Below, in pieces: positions 32,205-41,961 of a stretch of DNA of 64,000 nt. A program made the translations under genes and the position numbers. Numbering within the stretch: the first letter of the stretch is position 1; each line of letters opens with the position of its first letter. Source of the DNA: an uncultured Prochlorococcus sp. (lineage in GTDB: Bacteria > Cyanobacteriota > Cyanobacteriia > PCC-6307 > Cyanobiaceae); assembly GCA_902558895.1 (NCBI GenBank), contig CACEFS010000001.1:20495-84494 (forward strand), in the 5' to 3' direction. A model generated the notes under the pieces. The model saw only the letters and a program-made list of their open reading frames with translations, was not told where the DNA came from and did no database searches.

Positions 32205-32432
32205 AATATTTGGAAATTAAATTAAGAAAATTTCAGAAATCCGAAACAATCTGAAAGGGTAATTAGAAGAAGCATATAAAACTGTCCTCATGATTATTTG
32301 AGAAATAAGTTTATATGAGTTCTCTACAAAAATTATACTTTAATCTCATTATTTAAATTTGCATGAGTGCTAATTATCATCATCTGATTTAATTTGACAG
32401 AAGTGTTACAATATCGACATATGTAAAGACTT

Positions 32433-32801
32433 ATGGAAAATAAAGTTAAAAGAATAGGATATCTCCCTAGGAAAAGAGTACTTGAAATTATTGATGAAAT
32501 ATCCAAGAGTGAATCTATAAGTAGATCTAAAGTAGTTGGAATATTAGTTGAGGAAGCATTAGATGCCAGAGGAATTTCAAATTTTGGATATAGTAATATC
32601 AGTAAGTCAAATATATACAAGTCAGGAAATTACACAGACCTCCAAAATGAGAAGGCCCATTTAAAAGATGCTGAAGATGAATTTGTTGATGATAGTGGTT
32701 ACACAGTTTCTTCTCACAAAACATTGGATCGCTCAATATCTTCTGCAGATATTGAATTAGCTAATAAAATTAATATTCTTAAGGAATCTGGATTAATATG
32801 A
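32433..32801 (+). CDS. Ribbon-helix-helix (CopG-like) DNA-binding protein
   Basis: KRIGYLPRKRVLEIIDEISKSESISRSKVVGILVEEAL fits the beta-alpha-alpha RHH pattern. Confidence 0.7.
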   Translation: MENKVKRIGYLPRKRVLEIIDEISKSESISRSKVVGILVEEALDARGISNFGYSNISKSNIYKSGNYTDLQNEKAHLKDAEDEFVDDSGYTVSSHKTLDRSISSADIELANKINILKESGLI

Positions 32802-32932
32802 CTTACATTCATTAATTATTTTATTTTTTTATGCATAACATTAGATCATTGATTATTCTTAGTCAAGAATAATATTCTACTTACATAGTTCGAATATCAA
32901 ATCCCTTCTAATATTAATGTTGTAATTAAAAA

Positions 32933-34252
32933 ATGAAAGATATTAAATGTCCCTCATGCGGGAAAACATTCCGAATTGATCCCACTAGCTTTGAAGAAAT
33001 ACTTCTTCAAATAAAAGACGAAGAATTTAACAAACAAATAAAAGAAAGACTAATTTTGGCTGAAGAAGATTATAAAAAAGCTACTGAAATTTTAAACCGT
33101 GAGTTTAAGATAAAGTTAATAGAACAAAATCGTATTAAAGAATCTGAGATCCAAACTATTGAATCTAAATTAAGAATAGCTGAAGAAAAGAAAGCAAATG
33201 ATCTTAATGATTTAAAAATTCAAGCAACAAATAAAATTAATTCACTTAATAATGAATTAATAAAGTTAAAGGCTGAACTTAAAAGCCAGTCTTTAATTTC
33301 AGAATTATCTTTAAAAAACAAGATCAGTGAAGCTGTTACTAATTTAGAAAAAGAAAACTCATCATTAACAAATTCCATTGAAAAGATGAGGCTTGAACAT
33401 TCAATTAATGAAAAATTAATTGAAGAAAAATTTAAAAGCAAAATTAGTGAAAGAGACCTGACTATACAGGAGTTAAGAGAAATGAAATCTAGATTATCTA
33501 CAAAGATGGTAGGAGAAAGTCTAGAAATCCATTGCGAGACTCAATTTAATCTAAATCGTGCATCTGCGTTTAAAAACTCATATTTTGAAAAGGATAATGA
33601 TGCTACTTCTGGAAGTAAAGGTGACTATATATTTAGAGAATTTGATGAAAATAAAACTGAAGTCGTATCAATAATGTTTGAGATGAAGAACGAAAGTTTA
33701 AATGGAACTAATAAAAGAAAAAACGAAGATTTTTTAAAAGAATTAGACAAAGATAGAAAACAAAAATCTTGTGAATACGCAGTACTCGTTTCGCTTCTAG
33801 AACCAGATAGTGATCTATATAATGCAGGGATAGTAGATGTTTCACATAGATTCCCAAAGATGTATGTCATCAGACCTCAATTTTTCTTACCGATTATTTC
33901 TCTGCTAAGAAATGCATCTATGGAAACCTTAAAATACAAATTACAAATTGATTTAATGAAACGCGAGAATTATGACATAACTAATTTTGAGAGTACTCTT
34001 GAGCAATTTAAGAATGCAGTTGGCAAAAATGTTTCACTTGCCCAAGATAGATTTAATGATGCAATTTCAGAAATTAATAAATCAATAACCCATTTACAAA
34101 AAACTAAGGAGGCTTTAATTCTGTCAAAAAAACATCTTTTATCAGCTGACAGCAAATCTCAAGATTTAACAGTAAAAAAATTAACTAGAAATAATCCAAC
34201 CATGAAGAAAAAGTTTAATGATTTAAATAATTTCGAAGATAAAGTGGCCTAA
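32933..34252 (+). CDS. DUF2130-family coiled-coil protein with PD-(D/E)xK-like C-terminal domain
   Basis: IKCPSCG N-terminus, long coiled coil, STKMVGESLE, KGDYIF...IMFEMKNE and CEYAVLVS. Confidence 0.85.
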   Translation: MKDIKCPSCGKTFRIDPTSFEEILLQIKDEEFNKQIKERLILAEEDYKKATEILNREFKIKLIEQNRIKESEIQTIESKLRIAEEKKANDLNDLKIQATNKINSLNNELIKLKAELKSQSLISELSLKNKISEAVTNLEKENSSLTNSIEKMRLEHSINEKLIEEKFKSKISERDLTIQELREMKSRLSTKMVGESLEIHCETQFNLNRASAFKNSYFEKDNDATSGSKGDYIFREFDENKTEVVSIMFEMKNESLNGTNKRKNEDFLKELDKDRKQKSCEYAVLVSLLEPDSDLYNAGIVDVSHRFPKMYVIRPQFFLPIISLLRNASMETLKYKLQIDLMKRENYDITNFESTLEQFKNAVGKNVSLAQDRFNDAISEINKSITHLQKTKEALILSKKHLLSADSKSQDLTVKKLTRNNPTMKKKFNDLNNFEDKVA

Positions 34253-34350
34253 ATAGCTTAATAAATTTTGAAATTAAAAAAAGTTAAAATCTATTTTATT
34301 TCTAATTTATAAATATACTATTAATAATAAATTCCATAGTAAAGAAAATA

Positions 34351-34632
34351 ATGTCTAACAGCACCCCGATTTTCACTATTGCCAAAGATCTTAATGTCGA
34401 AAGTAATAGAGTATTATTAGCTTGCAAGAAACTTGGAATCAATGCAAAAGGTGCGACAAAAAGATTAAATAAAGAAGAATTAGAAAAAATTAAAAGTTAT
34501 TTTGTCACTGGTAAAAATGTGTCAGATGAAGTGATCAATTTAAATAAAGTTAAAACCAAAAACAGTTCTAAGAAAATTGCAGAAAAGGTAAAGATAAAAT
34601 ATTTTGCAAACAGACTTATTCGCAAATCTTAA
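34351..34632 (+). CDS. Stand-alone IF2 N-terminal-domain protein
   Basis: IFTIAKDLNVESNRVLLACKKLGINAKGATKRLNKEELEKI matches the IF2_N repeat pattern. Confidence 0.75.
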   Translation: MSNSTPIFTIAKDLNVESNRVLLACKKLGINAKGATKRLNKEELEKIKSYFVTGKNVSDEVINLNKVKTKNSSKKIAEKVKIKYFANRLIRKS

Positions 34633-34716
34633 ATAAAAGTAATTTTATCTAATTACTTACAGGAATAAGCCACAGAAGAAAAAAATAATAATTTATCATA
34701 AGTAAAAATACTTAAA

Positions 34717-35130
34717 ATGAGCATAAACAAAATTTTAAATTCTCTCGAAAAATCCTGGGAAAGAGATCATATTCTCCTTAATATAAAGAAGGGGTTAGGA
34801 ACAGATGAGATAGTTAATGAATTTCTTTTAAAAAACGAAAGGCAAATTACACAATTAAATTCTTTATTAAGACCAGAAGATATTGATTTATTAAGTCAAG
34901 TAGAAAAACTCTCAACTTGCGAATCTAAATTAATAAATGAGATTAAAAATTTAAATTACTTAAAAAATAATAAAAATCATCAGATTCTGAATAAGAAAAA
35001 TATTTTGCCATCTAACAGAATTTCATTTAACAAAATTAGTTCATTCATGATTAATTGGAGTAACAAATTTGTAGTTATTGCTTTGCTAACAATTTCAGCC
35101 ATAGCTTTATCAAAACAAGCGTGGGCATAA
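34717..35130 (+). CDS. Hypothetical protein with C-terminal membrane anchor
   Basis: C-terminal FVVIALLTISAIALSKQAWA. Confidence 0.65.
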   Translation: MSINKILNSLEKSWERDHILLNIKKGLGTDEIVNEFLLKNERQITQLNSLLRPEDIDLLSQVEKLSTCESKLINEIKNLNYLKNNKNHQILNKKNILPSNRISFNKISSFMINWSNKFVVIALLTISAIALSKQAWA

Positions 35131-35159
35131 TTAGCTAAATTAACTACATTGTAAGAGAT

Positions 35160-36152
35160 GTGGTTTTGAGAACTAAACAAGAATATTTAATTAGATATAA
35201 AGATGGAAATCTTTATTGTGAACTTGCTGATATTTGGATTGATCCAAGCAAGCCAGTAAAAAAGGCATTAATAACTCATGCTCATTTTGATCACTTTACA
35301 TTTGGCTGTGAAGAATACATTTCCACTAACGAGACTGCGATACTTCTTAAAGAAAGAATTGGAGATAATATCAAAATTAAGACCTTTGAATATGGAGAAG
35401 AATTTAAGATAAATGGCATTAATATTTCTTTTCATCCATCAGGTCATATCCTTGGATCTAGTCAAATAAGATTTATTTTTGCTGAAGAAAAATGGCTGAT
35501 TTCAGGTGACTTTAAGCTTCAAAAAGATGAGACCTGCAAACGATATGAAATAGTAAAAACTGATTATTTAATAAGCGAATGTACTTTCGGTTTGCCAATA
35601 TTTAAGTGGGATGAATCAAATAAAATAGCAAATGATATTTCAAAATGGATAACTAATTCACCAGAAAAATCCTCTTTACTTTTCTGCTACTCACTTGGAA
35701 AAGCTCAGAGATTATTAAACGAAATTAGTAAAACAAATTTTAAAGGCAATATTTATTCCCATGGCAGTATTCATAAAATGAACAATAGTTATAAAAAACT
35801 TGGGATTGATATTAAAGATACTATAAAAATCGAAAATAAAAAAAAGATAGATGAACTTAAAGGAAGTCTAATATTATTACCGCCATCTTTAAGTAAGGGC
35901 TCTTATCTAAAAAATTTCAAAAATATTCAAACAGCTTTTGCGAGTGGATGGATGTCAATACGAGCTCTAAGAAAAAGATCAGGATATGATAAGGGATTCC
36001 CAATATCTGATCATGCAGATTGGGATGGAATTTTAGAAGTAGTAAAAAAGTCTGAAGCAAAAAATGTATTTTTTCATCATGGAGATAGTGAAGCTTTAAG
36101 TAAATTTTTAGTTGAAAACGAATCAATAAATGTTCTTTTCTTCGGTAAATAA
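35160..36152 (+). CDS. Ligase-associated DNA damage response exonuclease (MBL/beta-CASP)
   Basis: ITHAHFDH, SGHILGS, SGDFK, ECTFGLP, YSLGKAQR and SDHADW motifs. Confidence 0.92.
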   Translation: MVLRTKQEYLIRYKDGNLYCELADIWIDPSKPVKKALITHAHFDHFTFGCEEYISTNETAILLKERIGDNIKIKTFEYGEEFKINGINISFHPSGHILGSSQIRFIFAEEKWLISGDFKLQKDETCKRYEIVKTDYLISECTFGLPIFKWDESNKIANDISKWITNSPEKSSLLFCYSLGKAQRLLNEISKTNFKGNIYSHGSIHKMNNSYKKLGIDIKDTIKIENKKKIDELKGSLILLPPSLSKGSYLKNFKNIQTAFASGWMSIRALRKRSGYDKGFPISDHADWDGILEVVKKSEAKNVFFHHGDSEALSKFLVENESINVLFFGK

Positions 36153-36154
36153 AT

Positions 36155-37795
36155 ATGAGCTTAAAAAATTTTTCAGAATTATTTGTAGAGTTAGATTCAA
36201 GCAACAGTATAAATAATAAAATTGAAGTTTTAAAGAATTATTTTTTATCTAATGATCCAATAGATAATTCATGGGCGATATATTTACTGACTGGGAAAAG
36301 TAATAAGAGATTTATAAGTGGAAGATATTTAAAAAATCTTTTTTCTCAAATATATGAATATCCTGAATGGTTAATTGATACTTGCTATCTAAAAGTTGGT
36401 GATTCTGCTGAGGTAATAACTTTATTACTTAAAAATAAAAGTACTCCCCGAAAAAAGAAATTATCAAATATAAGTCTCAATGAATTACTAAGCAAAACAA
36501 TACCTGATTTATCAAAACTTAATGAGGAGGAGAAAAATTTACAAATTAAAAATCTTTGGGAAAAATTACCTGAAGATAACCATCTAATTTTCAATAAAAT
36601 TCTTACAGGAACTTTTAGAATAGGAGTCTCTATCGGATTAATCACAAAATCAATATCAAAACAAATTAATATTGATGAAGAGATTATTTCCCATAGGTTG
36701 ATGGGGAATTTTGAGCCTTCAATTGATTCATATGAATTTTTAATTAACAAGAATATCAATCTTCAAGAGTTAAATTCCAAACCATTTCCATTTCTTTTAG
36801 CAAATACCATTGAAGATAAAATCTTCAAACATTCAATAAATGATTTTCAATTTGAATGGAAATACGACGGTATAAGGATGCAATTAATTAAAAGATCAGG
36901 CAATGTTTCGTTATGGACAAGAGGGCAAGAATTAGTCAATGAATCTTTCCCAGAATTAGTAGAGAAAATTTCGCATATAAAAGATGATTTTGTTCTTGAT
37001 GGGGAATTATTAGTTTGGAATTTTAAAGAACAAATTGCCTTTGATTTTTCTTTACTTCAAAAGAGAATAAATAGAAAGTCTCCTACTAGATCAATCCAAA
37101 TAAAATACCCAATTATTTTTATTGCTTATGATCTTTTAGAGATTAATGGGAGAGATATAAGAGAAATTAAATTAGAAAATAGAAGAATTGAGTTAGAAAA
37201 ATATTTTTCAAAATGGCAAAATAAAAATGATAATAATATCTCTGACATTTTCAAAATAAGTGATTTAATCTATCCTAAAGATTGGCCTGATGCTTTAACT
37301 TATAAAGAAAAATCTCGAGAAAATAATACTGAAGGATTAATAATTAAAAAAAAGACTTCTATATACTCCTCTGGTAGAAAAAAAGGTTTTTGGTGGAAAT
37401 ATAAAGTTGATCCTATGCAACTGGATGCTGTTCTAATTTACGCTAAAGGCGGTAGCGGTAGAAGAGCTGGTCTCTATACAGATTACAGTTTTGCATTATG
37501 GAAAGACCAAGAATTAATTAAATTTGCAAGTGCATATTCTGGTTTAACGAATATTGAGATTAAAGAGTTAGATAAATGGATAAGGAAAAATACAATAGAA
37601 AAATTTGGTCCTATTCGATCGTTAAAACCAGAAATGGTATTCGAAATATCATTTGAGAAAATACAAATTTCAAAACGTCATAAGTCTGGCATAGCAGTAA
37701 GATTTCCGAGAATAACAAAATGGAGAAAAGATAAAAATATCAATGATGCAGATAGCCTAGAGAATGCTTATGAACTGATGAAAAAAATATCATGA
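36155..37795 (+). CDS. ATP-dependent DNA ligase
   Basis: Motif I EWKYDGIR, LDGEL, AYDLL, EGLIIK, WWKYK and AVRFPRI. Confidence 0.95.
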   Translation: MSLKNFSELFVELDSSNSINNKIEVLKNYFLSNDPIDNSWAIYLLTGKSNKRFISGRYLKNLFSQIYEYPEWLIDTCYLKVGDSAEVITLLLKNKSTPRKKKLSNISLNELLSKTIPDLSKLNEEEKNLQIKNLWEKLPEDNHLIFNKILTGTFRIGVSIGLITKSISKQINIDEEIISHRLMGNFEPSIDSYEFLINKNINLQELNSKPFPFLLANTIEDKIFKHSINDFQFEWKYDGIRMQLIKRSGNVSLWTRGQELVNESFPELVEKISHIKDDFVLDGELLVWNFKEQIAFDFSLLQKRINRKSPTRSIQIKYPIIFIAYDLLEINGRDIREIKLENRRIELEKYFSKWQNKNDNNISDIFKISDLIYPKDWPDALTYKEKSRENNTEGLIIKKKTSIYSSGRKKGFWWKYKVDPMQLDAVLIYAKGGSGRRAGLYTDYSFALWKDQELIKFASAYSGLTNIEIKELDKWIRKNTIEKFGPIRSLKPEMVFEISFEKIQISKRHKSGIAVRFPRITKWRKDKNINDADSLENAYELMKKIS

Positions 37796-40278
37796 AAAAT
37801 ATTACACAAAATAGTAAACAAAATTATTTAATTTATAAAATTAAACAATTTTTCTTCTCAAATGGATGGGAGCCATTACCCTACCAAGTAGAATCTTGGA
37901 AAGCATTTTTAAATGGGGAAAACGGAATAATACAAGTTCCTACCGGATGCGGCAAAACTTACGCTGCATTAATGGGACCTTTATCACAAATAAAAGATCC
38001 CAAAAATAATAAAAGTGTCCAAATATTATTAATAACGCCTTTAAAAGCACTAAGTAGAGATCTAAAAAATTCCATACAATTAGCAGCTTTACATTTTAAT
38101 AAAGAAATCACTGTTGAAATTAGGAACGGAGATACAACCCCATATCAAAAGAAAAAGCAACTAGCTAAACCACCTAATATTCTCATTACCACTCCAGAGT
38201 CTTTATCTCTTTTACTCTCTAATAAAGAATCTAATAATCTATTCAAGGAGTTGTCAACGATAATTATTGACGAATGGCATGAATTGATGGGTAGTAAAAG
38301 AGGAAACCAGTGCGAGTTATCTTTAAGTTGGCTAAGAGGTAATATAAAAAATTTACAAATTTGGGCAATGTCTGCAACTATTGGAAATATTGAAGAAGCA
38401 GCAAGAGCAATAGTTGGAATGAGCGCTATTAAACCTAAAATTATAAGTACAAATATTCAAAAAGAAATAGAAATTTTAAGCGTTTTGCCAGAGGAGGAAA
38501 CGACATTTCCATGGAGTGGCCATCTAGGAATCAGAAGTCATTCTGCACTTTTAAAAATCTTAGATAAAAATAAAAGCACTTTATTATTCACTAATACAAG
38601 AAACCAATCTGAAAGATGGTATCAATGTCTTAAATTTTTTCTGCCAAAGATGGATGACAAAATCGCACTTCATCACGGCTCCCTCGATAAAGAAGATAGA
38701 AAAAGGGTTGAAGAAGGGGTTAAAGACGGATTAATAAAATGGGTAGTCTGCACCAGCTCGTTAGATTTGGGAGTTGACTTCCAACCTGTAGATCAAATAG
38801 TTCAAATTGGTAGTGCAAAGAATTTAGCTAGACTTATCCAAAGAGCGGGAAGAAGTGCTCATAGACCAGGCGGGAAATCAAAAATAATTTTTATGCCTAC
38901 TAATTCACTTGAGTTATTAGAGATTAGTGCAATGAGAAGAATAATTAAAAGTGGTATTACTGAGGAAATTAGACTTCCTGAATTATCTTATGATGTGCTT
39001 CTTCAACATCTAATAAGTTTGGCATGCGGAAATGGCTTTGATCCTAAAATTGAGAAAGAAAGAATTAAAAGTTGTTGGAGTTATAGAAACTTGAAAGATC
39101 AAGATTGGAATTGGTGTCTTGACTTTTTAGAATATGGAGGAAAATGTCTTAAAGCATACCCAAAATATAAAAAGATAATTAAAGAAGAATCACAAAATAA
39201 TAATGAAAGCTTTAAATATTTTGTAAAAGACAAATTTTTAATAAGAATGCATAAGTTCAATATTGGGACAATTACAAGTGACAAATTTGTAAATGTTAAA
39301 TATATGAAAGGGAAATCCTTGGGAAATTTAGAAGAGAATTTCGCCTCAAAATTAAATGCTGGAGATACCTTTTACTTTGCGGGTAAAATACTTCAATTTG
39401 TAAGAATCAGAGATATGATTTTATACGTTAAAAAATCAACAAAAAAAAGTTCTCTAATTCCTGCATGGGTTGGAGGTCAAATGGCAATTTCTGATCTACT
39501 TTGTGAAAGTTTGAGAAAAGAAATAGATATATGCAATGAAACAGAAAATTATGATTACTTGAATCCTGAACTAAATTCATTACGCCCAATATTGAAGAAA
39601 CAACAGGCTCTTTCAAATATTCCAAAGAAAGATGAATTCCTTATAGAAATATATAAAACCAAGGATTTATCAAATATTTTTGTTTTTACACTTGATGGCA
39701 AATTTGTAAATGAAGGAATTGCATTTCTATGGGCTTTAAGATTAGCAAAATTAAAACAATCTACATTTAGTATTACTGCTAATGATTTTGGATTCAGCTT
39801 AACTACATCAGAAGATTATGATTTTTCCATAATTAAAAAAGAAGCTGATTATTTTTTGGATAACAAAAAATTGGAGGAAGATTTAGAAAATGCAATTAAT
39901 TTTTCAGAATTAACAAAACGTAGATTTAAAAATATTGCCCAGATAAGTGGACTAGTAAATCAAAATAATCCAACCAAAACAAAAACTTCTTCTCAACTTC
40001 AAATAAGTTCAAGTCTTTTCTACGATGTCTTTACTAAATATGAAGAAGGTCATCTTTTGATAAAACAATCGTATCAAGAAGTTAAAGAATATCAATTAGA
40101 AAATAAAAGAATATCTAGATCATTAGAAAGATTAAAAAATTTAAAAATGCTATTAAACGAGATAAAAACTCCAACTCCTTTTGCTTTCCCTTTATTAGTT
40201 GAAAGACTTAAAAATACTTTAAGCAATGAACCAATAGAAAAAAGAGTAGAAAAACTTATAAAAAAATATAGTGATTAA
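37792..40278 (+). CDS. Lhr-like (Lhr-core) DEXH helicase
   Basis: PTGCGKT, TPLKAL, TTPESL, DEWH, SAT, HHGSL and QRAGRSAH motifs. Confidence 0.93.
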   Translation: MKNITQNSKQNYLIYKIKQFFFSNGWEPLPYQVESWKAFLNGENGIIQVPTGCGKTYAALMGPLSQIKDPKNNKSVQILLITPLKALSRDLKNSIQLAALHFNKEITVEIRNGDTTPYQKKKQLAKPPNILITTPESLSLLLSNKESNNLFKELSTIIIDEWHELMGSKRGNQCELSLSWLRGNIKNLQIWAMSATIGNIEEAARAIVGMSAIKPKIISTNIQKEIEILSVLPEEETTFPWSGHLGIRSHSALLKILDKNKSTLLFTNTRNQSERWYQCLKFFLPKMDDKIALHHGSLDKEDRKRVEEGVKDGLIKWVVCTSSLDLGVDFQPVDQIVQIGSAKNLARLIQRAGRSAHRPGGKSKIIFMPTNSLELLEISAMRRIIKSGITEEIRLPELSYDVLLQHLISLACGNGFDPKIEKERIKSCWSYRNLKDQDWNWCLDFLEYGGKCLKAYPKYKKIIKEESQNNNESFKYFVKDKFLIRMHKFNIGTITSDKFVNVKYMKGKSLGNLEENFASKLNAGDTFYFAGKILQFVRIRDMILYVKKSTKKSSLIPAWVGGQMAISDLLCESLRKEIDICNETENYDYLNPELNSLRPILKKQQALSNIPKKDEFLIEIYKTKDLSNIFVFTLDGKFVNEGIAFLWALRLAKLKQSTFSITANDFGFSLTTSEDYDFSIIKKEADYFLDNKKLEEDLENAINFSELTKRRFKNIAQISGLVNQNNPTKTKTSSQLQISSSLFYDVFTKYEEGHLLIKQSYQEVKEYQLENKRISRSLERLKNLKMLLNEIKTPTPFAFPLLVERLKNTLSNEPIEKRVEKLIKKYSD

Positions 40279-40929
40279 ATGAACAAAAGTTCTTTTAAAT
40301 TTTGTTGGGAAGATACTTTGTTAGAGATGCTTCCTTCAAGAGCGTTATTTCTACCAACAACAAAAGAGTTGTTAATATGCGATATTCATCTTGGGAAAGC
40401 TGAGTATTTTCAGAAAAATGGTATACCTCTCACTAATAATTCAGATAAAAACAATTTCGCAAGGATAAAAAAAATAGTAAAAAAATATAGTCCTGAAAAG
40501 TTGATAATATTGGGAGATTTATTCCACAGCAAATATTCAATAGATAAAACTCTTCAAAAAAAAGTTGAGAATCTTCCTGAACTACTAAAAACTAACGTTG
40601 AACTAGTCCTCGGAAATCACGATGTAGGTTGTGATATTAAAAACATAAAAATTTTTGATATTAGAAAAACTAAAAATATTACTTTTAGCCATGAACCTGT
40701 TGATTTAGGCGATAATAAAACATTAAATATTTGTGGACACTATCATCCAAAAATCTATTTAAAAAACAAAGGAGATAAATTATCTTTAAGGTGCTTTGCA
40801 ATGGATTCGTATAAAAATGTTTTATATCTTCCTGCATTTGGAGACTTAACAGGCGGATATCCCTGCAAAAAGTCATTTAAAAAATGGGCAATTGTTTCTG
40901 AAGAAGAAATTATCGAAATAAAATCTTAA
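40279..40929 (+). CDS. pdeM: Ligase-associated metallophosphoesterase/endonuclease
   Basis: DIHLGK, LGDLFH, GNHD, HEP, GHYHP and LPAFG motifs. Confidence 0.88.
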   Translation: MNKSSFKFCWEDTLLEMLPSRALFLPTTKELLICDIHLGKAEYFQKNGIPLTNNSDKNNFARIKKIVKKYSPEKLIILGDLFHSKYSIDKTLQKKVENLPELLKTNVELVLGNHDVGCDIKNIKIFDIRKTKNITFSHEPVDLGDNKTLNICGHYHPKIYLKNKGDKLSLRCFAMDSYKNVLYLPAFGDLTGGYPCKKSFKKWAIVSEEEIIEIKS

Positions 40930-41129
40930 GAGAAATCCTAATGAAGTGACTTAAATTTTTCATTTAGATATACCAATTTATACTTAAAAGTCTCGTTTAG
41001 TTTTTTTTTCAATTAATTTAGGGTTGATTCTATTTTTGAGAAAAAATAGATAATAAAAATTTATACAGCTAATGGCTCTTTCCTTAGCAGACAATCCACG
41101 TTATAAAAAAATAAACACATTTTATAGAA

Positions 41130-41432
41130 ATGAAAAAATTTATATCCTTGATTTTATTTCTATTTCTTGTAATTCCATTTGAAGCAAAAGCAAATGATAA
41201 TTTTTCCGTTGAGATAGAAGCACTTACACTAGTAATGGAGCAATATAAGGAAGATACTGAATCAAGTGTTGAACTAGAAATAGAAGATAAAAAGCCAAGT
41301 TACATGGCTCTTAAACAAGACGAATGCAATGCCACTGTTGAAGTTACAGAAAAAACAGGATTAGAAGTTGTAAATACTGAATCTTTCGATGTAAATGTCT
41401 GCCTGAAAGAAATCTATAAAGTAATCAACTAA
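41130..41432 (+). CDS. Exported acidic hypothetical protein
   Basis: Signal peptide ending AKA; Glu-rich mature part with two Cys. Confidence 0.72.
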   Translation: MKKFISLILFLFLVIPFEAKANDNFSVEIEALTLVMEQYKEDTESSVELEIEDKKPSYMALKQDECNATVEVTEKTGLEVVNTESFDVNVCLKEIYKVIN

Positions 41433-41617
41433 ATAAGCAGTTTATAAAAATATAATAAAAACAAGAAAATTAAAGAGATCTTTTACTGAAAGAAGGTGAG
41501 ACCTCGAGACCTAACAGAAAACTTTGGAACGGGTTCTGCATACCCAATTAATAACTACAGTGGAATTGTATAGGTGTAATTAAAAGTACAAAACCTAAAA
41601 AATTATTTTTTTAATAA

Positions 41618-41764
41618 TTATTTCTTCTTTGATAATGTTTGTGATTCTTCTCTAGACATTAAAGCTTCAATTTGAGCAAGAACTTTTTGAAGTTCATCCG
41701 TTTTTGTAAGAGATGCTTCTGCTACTTCTCTTAATTTTTCTAACTGTTCTTTAGTTTTATCCAT
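41618..41764 (-). CDS. 48-aa coiled-coil micro-protein
   Basis: MDKTKEQLEKLREVAEASLTKTDELQKVLAQIEALMSREESQTLSKKK*. Confidence 0.65.
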   Translation of the reverse strand: MDKTKEQLEKLREVAEASLTKTDELQKVLAQIEALMSREESQTLSKKK

Positions 41765-41961
41765 GATAAATAAATTAGAAATTAACCACTTTTAAAAATG
41801 GTTTTAATACAGATTTTTCACTCCCACACAAATTCATATTCTCTCTTTTTTTTAATAAGTCAAATAAATTTCCCTTTATTAGGGTTTTTATTAGGACTTC
41901 CAATTAATTCATTATTTAATATTGAAAGCATAAGACTACATGAAATAAAAATACTTTTTAA

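Noticed and set aside
32333-32620. 95-aa minus-strand ORF
   Set aside because: Antisense to the RHH gene.
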